A DNA stretch of 64,000 bases from Eledone cirrhosa (taxonomy: Eukaryota), in assembly GCA_964016885.1 (NCBI GenBank), contig OZ024740.1:285324001-285388000 (forward strand), read 5' to 3'. Position 1 is the stretch's first letter; each line of letters opens with the position of its first letter. This document shows, in pieces, positions 50,215-63,391 of the stretch. The position numbers and the translations under genes were made by a program. The notes beneath the pieces were generated by a model. The model saw only the letters and a program-made list of their open reading frames with translations, was not told the DNA's origin and made no database searches.

Positions 50215-52640
50215 TTCATAGTTAGGCAGCAGGACAGGCAGATAGTGTCTAATACCAAGGCATACCCTGGGGAAGAATGTACCCCACAGCATAGGTTAGT
50301 TGTTAGTGATATCTCAGTAAGCAAGAGATGGAATGAGACATATAGGAAGGTGTGGAGAAGAAAGGTCTGGAAGCTAAAAGACCTTTCACTAAAATACAAA
50401 TTTAGGAAAGCCCTTCAAGATGTATATGACGAAAAAGAAGACGATTTAGAGACGTATGACATAGATAATAACTGGAAGTTCTTACGTGACAACTTGCTGC
50501 AGGCTACTGATGAAACCTGTGGCTGGAGCAGAGCTCCAACCAGACAGAGAGTGACCTGGTGGTGGAACAGCACAGTAGATAAGGCTATTAGAGACAAAAG
50601 ACTAGCATGGAAGGCTTGGAAAAAGGGTGGGAGTAGGGAAGAATATACAGCCACTAAGAGAGAAGCTAGACGTCAGGTGTACTTAGCACGCAGGGAGGCA
50701 GAGAGTAGGAGGTTTGCCAATGTTCTGCGACGGGAAGATCAGAGGCGTGCGGTATTCCACATTGCAAGGCAGTGTGTCAATGCAAATCAGGATGTTGTTG
50801 GAGATAAATGTGTCCGGGAACTTAGTGTCACGAATGACCAGAAAAAGGAGGCCTGGAAATGTCATTATGAGAGACTGATGAATGTGGAGAACGAATGGGA
50901 GAGAGAGAAATTACCCTTGGTAGATCCGACTGAGGGATCAGCTATTGAGATTGACGAATATAGGGTCCAAGAGGCGATTAGGGAAATGAAAAATGGTAAG
51001 GCGGCCGGACCATCGGGAATAGTTGCTGAGATGCTGAAGGCATCAGGGGACGTAGGCACTAAACTGGTTGCACGCATCATCAATCAGGCTATATATGGTG
51101 GTGTCATACCCAAAGACTGGTGCAGCAGTATTCTCATAAATTGCTACAAAGGTAAAGGGGATGCTTTGGAGAGGAGCAATTATAGGGGTATAAAACTGAT
51201 AGATCAGGTTATGAAAGTGGCAGAAAGGATTTTAGCACAACTAATTAGAGAAAGGGTCAAACTAGATGAGATGCAGTTTGGTTTTGTGCCTGGGAAGAGT
51301 ACAACAGATGCCCTCTTCTTGGTGAGACAAATGCAAGAGAGGTTCTTAGAGAAGAATAAGCCACTATACTTAGCCTTTGTTGACCTAGAGAAGGCCTTTG
51401 ATAGGGTACCCTGACCTGTCATCTGGTGGTCCCTAGGGAAGCTAGGTGTTGAGGAATGGCTTGTGAGGACAGTGCAAACTTTGTACAGAGGTACTCTCAG
51501 TAAAGTCAGGGTAGGAATGGAGTTTAGTGAGGAATTCCAGATACAAGTAGGAGTACATCAGGGTTCGGTCCTCAGCCCGCTCTTGTTCATTATAGTCCTC
51601 CAAGCCATAAGAGGAGTTTAAGACTGGCTGTCCATGGGAACTTCTCTATGCTGACAATCTGGCTCTTATAGCAGAATCAGTAGAGGAGCTAGAGAATAAA
51701 TTCCGGCTATGGAAACAGCAGTTGGAAGCAAGAGGACTGAGAGTAAATCTAGCTAAGACAAAAGTGTTGATGAGTAGAAAAGAGGACAAAACCCTGATTC
51801 CGTCAGGGAAATGGCCATGTTCGATATGCAGAAAAGGAACTGGCATAAATTCTATAAAATGCACACAATGCAGGTCCTGGGTACACAAGAGATGTAGCGG
51901 GATAGCAGGCAAACTAACAGGTAGGGAGAAATATGTATGCAGTAGATGTACAGGGAAATTAGACAGTAGAAGTCGCACTGATAGACACATTTTTCAAATG
52001 CGAGAGGGCGCTATAGAAGTGGTGGATAGCTTCTGGTACCTAGGAGATCAGATTAGCATGGGAGGAGGGTGTTCTGAGGCCATAGTATCTAGAATAAGGA
52101 CGGGTTGGAAGAAGTTTAGGGAGCTGCTTCCTCTGTTGACGAAGAAGGGTTTCTCCCTGCGTACGAAAGGCCGGTTGTATGATGCCTGTGTGAGGAGCGC
52201 GATGCTGCATGGTAGTGAGACATGGGCAGCAACCACAGAGGATATGCGACGGCTGGAGAGAAATGAGGCAAGCATGCTCCGTTGGATGTGCAGTGTAAAT
52301 GTGTGTGAACGACCCAGCATAAATGTGTTGAGAGAGAAACTGTGTCTGAGAGGGATAGAATGTAGTGTACGGGAGAGGAGACTGAGGTGGTATGGACATG
52401 TGATGCGCATGGAGGATGACCGATGGGTGAAGAAGTGCCAGGAAATGCCAGTTGAAGGAAGACGTGGTAGAGGTAGACCACGAAAAACATGGGCGGAGGT
52501 GGTGAGAACAGACCTCAGATCATTGAAGCTCACGGTGGAGATGACGAGGGACCGTGACGAGTGGAGAGATGCTGTGCTGAATAAGACCCGTCCCACCCTT
52601 GCAAGCAGGGAAAAGCGGACGTAAAATGATGATGATGATG
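50215..52640 (+). mobile_element. Well-preserved 5'-truncated RTE (BovB-related) LINE
   Basis: ORFs 50245-51414 and 51722-52624 are separated by one TGA and one frameshift. RT motifs NYRGIKL, FVDLEKAFDRVP, GVHQGSVLSPLLF and YADN; (GAT)n tail; possible 6-bp TSD aggcta. Confidence 0.95.
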
Positions 52641-52879
52641 ATAGGCTAAAGATAAGATCAAAATTAAAAGTACATCCAGTGAGGATTTTAAGAATTTATT
52701 AAAGATCTTAATTCTGAAATTATCCAAGTTCTTGTGTTGCATATTTTATTAAATCAATTTAATACTTGCAGAGATAATAAAGTTCGAATGAATATGCCTC
52801 TGACTTAATTACATTATAATTTACTGATGGAAAACCTCACATTCCACTGTTTTACTTAAGCATATGGAGCCTAAACAGT

Positions 52880-53076
52880 TAATAATTGTTTCTACTTTTG
52901 GCACAAGGCCAGCAATTACTCAGTACATTACTGGTACTTTATTTTATTTTATCTACCCCGTAAGGATGAAAGGCAAAGTTAACCTCGGCGTGATTTGAAC
53001 TCAGAATGACAAGGGCCGTAACTCTATGCGTCAAAGCCTGGCGTCCGACCCTCTACCGATACTGCCAATCCACCGC
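52880..53076 (-). mobile_element. Full-length tRNA-derived SINE
   Basis: Same family as 23475 and 36983. Confidence 0.85.
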
Positions 53077-53880
53077 TGATGTTTGTATAGAGACCATAAT
53101 CTTCTATAATTTGTGCGTGAGAGAATCAGTCATAATAATATATTACGTGTGTTTCTATATATATATCTGTTCTTTAAACTTTACACACAAACATATACAC
53201 ATAATGCATTTCCTATCTTAGTTATGTTGCTACATTTGTCCCTGTAAATAATTATTTTTCCGTTACTTATACATTTAATCATGTTTGTACACACACGTTC
53301 AACATTTATGTAATTATATTCTAGAAATGAAGTATTAAAATATCATTTTTATTTTTAATCACTTCTACTTGTCAATAACCAATATAAGCTGTAAGGTTTC
53401 TCTTATGCAAACCATTATTTTATCAATACGCAAGTTTCCCAGTGTGGATGATTGTTCTTATATCCAATAATCCTGGTATAATGGCATACCAATCCTGGAC
53501 TCCCAAAATTAAAAAAAAGTTCAACATTGTTGAACTTTTTTTTATCGTTGTTATTATCGACAGCACTAGTTTGCTAGTTTTAAATGATTGAGGCACAGAT
53601 TCTACAGAAAATTTTAATTAAGAGAGCTAAGATTTATTAGCTGTGCAATGAGAATTTGAGTAATGGACTCAATGCAGGTATCAAAGGTGTGAGGTGTATA
53701 CTAGGGTGGATGCATGCACATGATTATCACTGTTATCCATTTTCCACACCAGCATTGGTTACACGAGTCGTCCCATTTAAGTCAAGTTAGGTCAGGTGAT
53801 CGTGTCCTGCTCATACAAAATTGTTTCTGGCTTGGTTTCTATGGTTGGATGCCCTTCCTACTTTTTGTGATACTTGCATT

Positions 53881-54803
53881 GACCACTGTACAGTGTGGAC
53901 TGGGCACTTTTTTGTTGTGTCACCAACATGACCACTTTACAGTGTGGACTGGGCACTTTTTTGTTGTGTCACCAACATGACCACTTTACAGTGTGGACTG
54001 GGCACTTTTTTGTTGTCACCAACATGACCACTGTACAGTGTGAACTGGGCACTTTTTGTTGTGTCACCAACATGACCACTGTACAGTGTGGACTGGGCAC
54101 TTTTTTGTTGTGTCACCAACATGACCACTGTACAGTGTGGACTGGGCACTTTTTTGTTGTGTCACCAACATGACCACTTTACAGTGTGGACTGGGCACTT
54201 TTTTTGTTGTGTCACCAACATGACCACTTTACAGTGTGAACTGGGCACTTTTTTGTTGTCACCAACATGACCACTGTACAGTGTGGACTGGGCACTTTTT
54301 GTTGTGTCACCAACATGACCACTTTACAGTGTGGACTGGGCACTTTTTTGTTGTCACCAACATGACCACTTTACAGTGTGGACTGGGCACTTTTTTGTTG
54401 TCACCAACATGACCACTTTACAGTGTGGACTGGGCACTTTTTTGTTGTGTCACCAACATGACCACTTTACAGTGTGGACTGGGCACTTTTTTGTTGTGTC
54501 ACCAACATGTGGACTGGGCACTTTTTTGTTGTCACCAACATGACCACTGTACAGTGTGGACTGGGCACTTTTTTGTTGTGTCACCAACATGACCACTTTA
54601 CAGTGTGAACTGGGCACTTTTTTGTTGTCACCAACATGACCACTGTACAGTGTGGACTGGGCACTTTTTTGTTGTGTCACCAACATGACCACTGTACAGT
54701 GTGGACTGGGCACTTTTTTGTTGTCACCAACATGACCACTTTACACTGTGGATTGGGCGCTTTTTGTCGTAGCACCAAAATGACCACTTTGCGGTGTGGG
54801 CTG
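53881..54803. repeat. Minisatellite of about 19 units of 47-50 bp, derived from a SINE-internal segment
   Basis: Unit gaccact(t/g)tacagtgtg(g/a)actgggcacttttttgttg(tg)tcaccaacat. It directly continues the SINE at 53720-53880 and has no spacers. Confidence 0.95.
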
Positions 54804-55549
54804 GGGAAGAGGGCTGTAAGGATGTGGGTGAAGGGTGGGGTGTTAGGACGTGGGTGGAGTGTTAGGGCATGGGAGGTTTTTGGAAGGAAAGGGGGGATAG
54901 GGGTAAAGTGGTGCATGTATCTTTCAACTCGTGCACATGGGAAGGTGGGTCTTCTGTATTACTGCATAACACTAAAGATCTTGATCCTGTGACATTGCCT
55001 GTGAGAGGTGCAATTGTGCAAGGTCAGCTTTCTATGATATGTTATAGAAAGTTTCTTGGGTGTTATAATGACAGATGCTCCAGATTTGTCTTGGCTTAAA
55101 AATTGTCTTGAAGAGAGAAAAAATGAACTATAAGTGTTTATGTTGCAAGGACATGTATCAAGGTTTATTTTAAGGAAATTTTAGAATTGCATGAATCTTT
55201 GAAGCAGGTGACATGACCCAGTATTTGATATTCTCTGAGTTTGAAAAGCATTTGTAATAGCTATTTTTAACATTTTATGAGTGTTGTAGATTTTTAACCA
55301 TTAGTTACCATGGAAGTGCATGTAGGAGTTGACACAAAATGTAAACTTACTGCACAGAATTAGATTTAGAACTATACAAACTGCATGTAAGAAAAAATCT
55401 CTGGCATGTAGAAATACCCAGGTTTGTTTGGGTGTAATGTAAGGCCACATGGAGAAAGAACATTTCAAAATCAAAGCCCTGGAAACTTGTGGGTATCCTT
55501 TTTTTTGAGGGGGGGGGGGGGGATTTAGAAAGCCCTCTGATACTAAACT

Positions 55550-55790
55550 TGAGATTGTTGTTCCCAATCATCTTACATACAAAGGAGCTAGTGACATTCA
55601 AGAAGGTAACAATCTCTGAATCTCTGTGGTTGGCAGTTAAGGTGACAAGAACAATAAACTTTTTCATTTCCTGTCAGATTTGAAGCTTCCATTTGGAGTT
55701 GAACAAAACAGAGATGCTGTTGGTTAAAATTTGGACGACGTTTGACTCTCTCTAAAGTTGTGTTCTCAAATAGCTGATGTACCCTGTTTA
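55550..55790 (-). mobile_element. Tc1/mariner-like 5' fragment
   Basis: HTH-like MKKFIVLVTLTANHRDSEIVTFLNVTSSFVCK; terminus-like acagggtacatcagctatttgagaac on the minus strand. Confidence 0.45.
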
Positions 55791-58369
55791 TATATGTATA
55801 CGTGTGTATTTTTTGTATATGTATACATGTGTGTGTTAATATTTACACACACACACGCACACACTTCTCTCCCTCGTGTGTGTGTTGTCATTTAAACAGC
55901 ATGCTCTCCAACTTAGTATCATCCAACTCTTTTCCTTATTTTTATTTTATTTTTTTCACTCTACTTTGATGAAGAGTTTTACCTAAAACGTCAGATCTCT
56001 CCCTCTCTTTCTATTTAGTATAGATATTTCCACTGTACATACATTGTTCATATTTTTCTGCATATACTTTGTAAACCATGTCTTCTTTTCTCACTTTTTC
56101 CATTTATTGTTTACTTTTAAACTCTTATGTCCTTTTGTGTTATCTTTACCCCTTCTCCCCCCTCAATTAGCAACAATTATATTGAAGAGACCACAAGGGT
56201 TAAAGTAGTATTATAATTCTAATTAATGAAAAAATATATTTATATTTGCAGCCTAAAGTACTGAGTACTTTAATTAGTTTACAAAAGTCTTGTTCCTATG
56301 ATGAAACATATACTACATATGAACTGGTACTTTATTTTATCAATGTTGAATTGATGAAAGGCCAAGTTGACCATGGCAGGATTTGAACTTAAAGCTCAGA
56401 GAGCCCGAAAAAATACTGTAAGGCATTTTGTTCACTTTGCTAATTTGCCATCTATACCTGGAACAAATGGCATTAGGCATATTATCGAAGACAGATAGCA
56501 AAGAGTAACATATTGACTGACTTTGGCCATATATTGTTTATTTTACATGGAATATCTTTGTGGTTCATCATAAAAAAAATATATCAAAATTATCAATAAC
56601 AGACTACAAGTTTTTCAGTGATCAATGTAATTTACAAATTCTTCAGAAAATTCAAAAGTTGTAAACTCCATGACTCTAACATTTATATTTGACATATAAT
56701 CACTACACTAGCTTGACAGTACTTATGCTATTGCAGCACATATTACACAAACAGAAACTAAATAGGAAAGAAAACAAAACATCACTTGATAACAATTCTT
56801 CTACATAGAGTTCTCTGTACATAGGAAAAGGATAAGAGAGTTATAACTGGGATGTATTTGATTATATGTTTGGTTGATGAAAGCTGGCTGGGGGCTCAAT
56901 AGCAACAACTACTAATGCAACTGCCTTGATGAAACTGTTTTTTTATTTAGCCATATGGAAGGAAGCCCATCTAAGAGAGCAGTTACTCCAAGTAAATAAG
57001 AGTGCATAGGGTAGGCAGAGGCTCTGTAAGCTGCAGCAAAAGCAGCCCTTCTAGGAAGGCAGTTATTCAAAATAAAAACTGATACAAGGTAGAGAGGACA
57101 CAACCTCTCTAGTGTTGGTTGCATGATAAAATACACCCAGTACATGCTGTAAAGTGGTTAGTGATAGGAACGATATCCAGCCAGAAAAAAAAAAACATGC
57201 AAAAAATTATGGAAAGCACAACATAATTTTGAAAAAAGGTTGAAAACAAACAATCATAAGAGAAACATCAAATGGACAGAAGTGTGTTCTTGCCATTATC
57301 ACTCACTCACTCACAATAAGCAGTGAAAAAGCGGACGTAAAAAATGAAATGAAATGAAACTATTACTGAAATTATTTCATCCAGAAATTAAGAGCTAAGA
57401 TAGTCTTGAAATGTTGATAAACACTGGATGTTTATTGTCCTAAACTAAAGTGGAAGCTGGAGAGTCTTGTACTCTCAGTTGCTTAACGCTACGTAAACTG
57501 GAATAAGAACCAACCTGACAAGCCTCCAGGCTTGAGTCAAACTTTAAAATTCTAGGTTGAGGAGAGGCAAAACACTAGAAGGTTCAGCTGGAATTTGGAA
57601 GGTGCAAAAGCTTCTATGTGTGTGATCCGCAAAGGCATCCTTTGTTTACTTGATTGTCATCTTCCACATTCCAACAGTGACTTTTCTCCCAGAATTTGTC
57701 AAGCAGTATTCTTCACCTGCAACACACGCACGCGCGCATACACACATTTTTTTAATGAGTATAATATGCATATTATTATATGCATACTATTATATACACT
57801 TGCATAAAGTATCAAATATCTGAATCATTAGTGGCACACTTTTCACTCTATAACACTGAATGGATACAGAATAATTTCTGCTTTGATGACACTATATGTA
57901 TAGTATATTTAATTTTTACTGTAGTTAAATGTATGGTACTCATTATTGAAAACTATATTACACATAAGCATAGTATACTGATTGAACTTGAAAGACAATG
58001 GAAATCATGCCTGTCTAACATTGAAAAATAGTAGCTATAGTTCTATTTCTGTAGACACTGATTACCTTGCCTACCCAGAAGTCACATTCCTGATATATAT
58101 ATATATATACATATATATTCCTGGTGTGTGTGTGTATATATATATATATTTTTTTGTGAGGATTCTTTCTAAATATTAGAAATATATTTGGAATGATATT
58201 ACTATGTTCATCTTTGCCAAGTGGCTAGCTGAATCACTTGACTTCACTCCTTCCTAGCATATGTGCCTGCTGCATTTAACTCTAATTATTATTTTTTTTT
58301 TTTTGTTTGCCAATTTGCATGTTGTGAAAGCAAGTACTTTTACAACTGTATTTTAAGTATTTAACTGTA

Positions 58370-58853
58370 CTAGCAGAAAAAAACCACCCTTCGGGTGGTT
58401 TTCTGCTAGCACGTGTTTTGTGTATATTGATATTATAATCCGCAAGTATATATACATGTAGATATGATCCGTCAAATAAAATCCTAATTGACAATATACA
58501 CAGAAATTGAACGAAGACTGTGATACACTGTCTTATGTAATCAGTAACATAATCCATGATACATTAAAAAAAGATGATATATATAAACTGCCTTAGGAGA
58601 AAATTAGTGACGGAAATATATGAATATTTATTTAAACGATCGCCACCGGAAGTGTTGACATTCGAAAGTTTTAAAGAAGTGAATCTTTAAATAAGTAATA
58701 AAATATATTTAATGAACAACCACGAAATTTAGTGGATAAATTATGTAATATTCATTCATTATTTATTCAAAGTAATCCAACTTATTTTACAAATGGGATA
58801 AAAAATTATAAACCGTACGCAGTCCTGCGCTTCTTACTTTATTATAGTTTAGA
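58370..58853 (-). mobile_element. Complete non-autonomous Helitron (484 bp)
   Basis: On the minus strand: host A | TCTAAACTATAATAAAG ... hairpin CCACCC-GAA-GGGTGG ... TTTCTGCTAG | host T. No TSD. Confidence 0.8.
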
Positions 58854-61149
58854 TACAGAAAATTTTGTCATTCAGATAGGCTGAGACATGCATAGTTATG
58901 ACTTAGTTAAAAGCATATATGTAACTGTAACCTTTTCAGCTTAGATCTTGCAAGTTTAGCCTGCCTTCACTGAGGTTGCATCTTAGATATTTGCTGCCCA
59001 TTGTTTCCTGTTAGCTATCAAGTCCTTGCAAAGTGAAAGCCATTGTCTGTGTCAATTGCTGGCCTTGTGCCAAAAGTAGAAACAATTATTGGAGGCTATA
59101 GACATTAGGTTCAGTTAAAGCCATTAACACAGATATGATTACATCCAGCCAGGTTTTCAGCTCTTCTCTTCTACACCAACGTAGACATTGTTGGAGATTA
59201 ATAGCAGCATTCATTAGTGCTTCAATTAAATGTATTTTAATTTTATTGTGTTAGCTTCAATCAGATAAGTTTTTCATCTCATCCGTAATCAGATTGAACC
59301 ATATCTGATTAATAACCTAATTCTTTAAGCACCTAATCTCAACTACCTCTGTATTATCACTATTTTCAAAGTTAGGTTTCTTCAATTTGATGTACTGATG
59401 TCTTTGTTATTTTATGTTTCAAATTCATTCTGTTGTGATGTCTTCTGTATCTCGTGTCCATTGATTAGTTGTGTTTTCAATGGAATGTGAATCACTGCCT
59501 TGTTTGAAGGAATGTCTTCTCTTTGTCATTGAAAGAGATCTGTTTATTGCTCTATTCTATAATGAACAGGAATGATGCTCTACCTCTACATCAACCTTGT
59601 ATGTCAATGATAGTGGACAACAGGCTCATTTTTTTTTAGTTTGAATTTATTGCAGGCATTTTGTTCTGTATTTGGGCAGTTCACTTAATGCTGTCTCAGT
59701 TCATCTAGCTAATACATGAATCCTCTGAGATTGACTGGCATTCTGTCCCAAATAAGAATATCTTATGTATTTCATGTTCTTAAAAGTAGAGTTAAGCATT
59801 GGCTTTTAAATACCCTTGCATTTTGATGAATCACCTTGCTCAAATATATCGTTTCTAATTAAGTTGTACCAGATAATGTGTGAAGGTGCATTGCCTAGTA
59901 GTTAGGGTGTTGGACATGCAATCATAAGGTTATGGGTTCTATTTCTATACTGAGCAGTGCATTATGTTCTTGAGTAAGATACTTCATTTCACCTTGTTTT
60001 TCCTGATAGGACTAGGGCTCTAATAAACATTTTGCATTCAGACAAATGTTTATCCTCAAATATCAAAATAGTTCCATATAGCTGGAACTATTTTTACAAC
60101 ATTGTTGCTTAAATACATAAAGATAATTCTAAAATGCTAATTGATGAGTTCACTAAAGCCTGTGAAACTGTACAAACAAAATGAATGATACTGACCTTTC
60201 ATTCATCCATCTTATCATTCTTGTATAAGAGAGACTGATAAGAGCAGTTCCCTTCATGTCTAAATTTACATATTTTGTTGTTTTGGTTAGCTGGAGGAAA
60301 GTATCATGATTTAGGTATTAATATTTTGTTGCTTTACAGTTTATCTTGATAATCCTTTTGTTGTTGGCTAAAAAATGTGGAGTAAATCTAAACTTAAAGC
60401 TATTAACATAGGTCTCTGTTTTCACTGCTTGATCTCTTATCTTGAGCACCCCCTTACTTTTTTTCTTACATGAATATCAAAATATTTATTAGAAATGTTG
60501 CCAGATTGTCATCTGGAATTTCATTCTCTTCAAATTCTATGGCATATTAATTACATTTCCATTTAATTCGAATCATTCAGAATTTCCTTCTTAAGAGATT
60601 AATTATTATGATTGCATTATTTCCCAATGTTGACTGACCTTCAATAGATTTCATAGCAAATAGGATTAGACAAAGTTTCTTTTATAACTTCCATTATAAC
60701 ACTTGTAAATACTTCCACATACCTTTTCCTTTTGTTAGTAAACATCAGTGCACAAATACTATTTTGAAGACTTTTTTCTTGAGACAACCAGATTCCCAGC
60801 AGATATTTTTATATCATTTGTATTAACATGGGGGAAAAAAAAAGAAGACATTTTCGTGAAACAACAAAATTATTTTACTAATAGTTGTTTTACAATCCCT
60901 ATTTTTTTCTAAAAATTGGTTTAGTTTGTTGAAAGGGGATGTACCTATGACTTTTGCATTGATAAGAGTGATGTCATTAGTTTTCCACCTGAACTGTTGC
61001 AAGTTGATGGCTGCAGAGAAAGTATGTGTAGGGAAGGAATTTGAGGGTTCTGAGGAGGAAGGCCTGAGCTCAATGGGTAGTGTTGGGCCTGGGAGCTGGA
61101 CACAATATGAGTGACAAGAAGAAGAGAAATGAGTGAGTTAGGAGTGCCT

Positions 61150-61560
61150 AGGTGGAGATGACAGAACTACCATGGTTGAAAAGTGATGGGATGAGAGATT
61201 CTGCTCAGTTGATGGAGATTCTCTTTGCAAAAAACTCCAAGTGGGTTGACTGCAGTTTTAACTTGCAGGTTGTATGATACACAGAGGCATCCAATATGGT
61301 TTTAGATGAGGGTCTTTTAGGTATTGCAGTGTTGGTTAAGATCTCTCTAGTTTGAATGAATGTGGGATTTTCTTGGAGCATTATTAACCATGTTATTTGC
61401 TGAGGTATAGTAGAAAATGTGAGCAAGCCGCTTGGAGCTGAGTTTGATATCTTGTCTTGCTGTTTATGATAGATCAGAGGTGAAATACATGTGCTTCCAT
61501 GGATAGTTAGCATAAAACTGATAAAGTTCCAACTAGTCAGCTGACTTGAAGAGCTATAGA
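61150..61560 (-). mobile_element. Highly decayed CR1/L2-like 3' fragment
   Basis: YHTTCKLKLQSTHLEFFAKR resembles the H..KL.....R..FF..R C-terminal motif. Confidence 0.3.
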
Positions 61561-63356
61561 GTCTGGCAAGCGGGCAGGCAGTGGATATTACTTTTCTTTC
61601 CTTGCTGTATATCGTCTCAGAATTTTCTTTACCTATTCTTTATCTGCGTTTAACATCTTTTGAGAGGTCACTGCAACTACAAACTGAATAATAATCTACT
61701 GCTATTTCTTACTAATTGTTTTGCATCTCGTTTTTTTTTTTGTTTTTTTTTGTAATCCTTTACAGGCATAATGTCTGGCCAACTGACTTTGATATCAGTA
61801 GCATAATCCCATCACTTGTAATGTGATAATCTTTTTAATCAATTAACTTCATTTCTTGAGTAGAAGTAAGCTGTTGTTTAGCATAACACAATATCTGAGT
61901 GAGCAAGTATGTTGTCACTCTCCTGACTGTAAACACATTTCCTACCTTCAATGAGTCATTCATTTTGGGCTAAACACTATACCTATCTCTCTCTTGGCAT
62001 CAGAACAAATATGAAAAATAGTGAGAATAATTTGATGGTTGAACACTGAACTTGGTTGATGTGTTGTACTGAGATCAAACACTCTGAAATATTTGACAAA
62101 AAGAAGAAAAAAAATCTCTGTTATGGCATGTAGTCTGTAATGCGTAGAGATTGATTGCTCTGTCAAGGTCATTGCATTTAACATTTCACTCTAACATTTA
62201 TAGGAAAAATAAAAACAATAAATGGTAAAGATTAATTTGTTAATTTCATAATGCAGTGTCTGCAAAGTTTCAGCTCCAAGGGAGTCTTAAGAGCTGAGGC
62301 TTATCTCTGGTTTCATGATTTTAAGCAGGTATAATGTAGATCTAATCTGGATAAGGCACCAAGTCTATTATAGGCAAAACTCCCAGATAATCAGGGAATT
62401 GTTAGGAACTGTAATACATGACATCCATTCAGCCATTTTGCATCTGTATTCCTCCAAATTAGAGGAATCTGCTAAATTTGAAATTTGAATCAAATTTTTA
62501 TATGAACAGGCACCTTTTTTTTAACACTAACAACTAGCTATATTGAAACAAATGGAAAAACGAAAAATGAAATTTAAACTCATATGTATGCAGGCTAAGG
62601 TGACTTTCTACAAGGTTGCATTTCATCGGAGGATCTCGGGTGTTTTAGATAGTGGCATTAGTCCTATAACGAAAAATAATGTGAAATAAAGCATCTTGTT
62701 CAAGAACACAGTGCACCACCTGGTCCATGTATCGAACCCGTGACCTTATGATTATGTGTCCACAGATTGAGACAAGTAATGTAATGAGATTTGCTAAGAA
62801 AAATCATAAAAATGTAAGTAGTTGAATGGGAACCCAAGATCACTTGATTGATTAAAACAACTTATATAAAATAATTTAGTAAAGTTTTCTTTTCTTTGGA
62901 TATGGTGTAGACTGTAGCCATAAGCATTATCAGTGTCCATGATGGTGGTGTTGATGATGATGATGTTATGTCTATTTTTACATGCTGCCATATGTTAGAT
63001 GGGCTAGGAACCTTGTGTCACACACATGGTACATTTTTGGCATGGTTTTTGTGTTTGGATACCCTTCATATTGTAAACTGCTTTACAGAGTGCATTTTAT
63101 CATGGATCCAACAGTTGAGATTATCTTGCTCTCAAATAAGACAATAAATAGAGGCCTCTCTATCTTACATTGTCTCCTTTCATTCACTGGCACAAAAGAG
63201 GTTGTCTGGCCACTGACAAGACTAAAGAGAATTCCTTTTCTGTTTTGTTTCCATTTGTTCATACCATTTTTTTTTCCCAAACATAAGAGCCAGAGTAAGA
63301 GAGCCAAATTGAATAAAATGGAATGGAAGAGAAAAGGTAAAGGAGAGTAATAGGAG

Positions 63357-63391
<35 letters not shown>

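Noticed and set aside
52040-52596. Long minus-strand ORFs (also 39175-39785 and 6537-6872 on +)
   Set aside because: These are antisense shadows of transposon coding sequence.
53881-54803. CRISPR array
   Set aside because: Units are contiguous with no unique spacers, derive from a SINE, lie in eukaryotic context and have no cas genes nearby.
53714-54992. Repetitive Cys/His-rich ORFs
   Set aside because: These are translations of the minisatellite with frame-shifting unit lengths.
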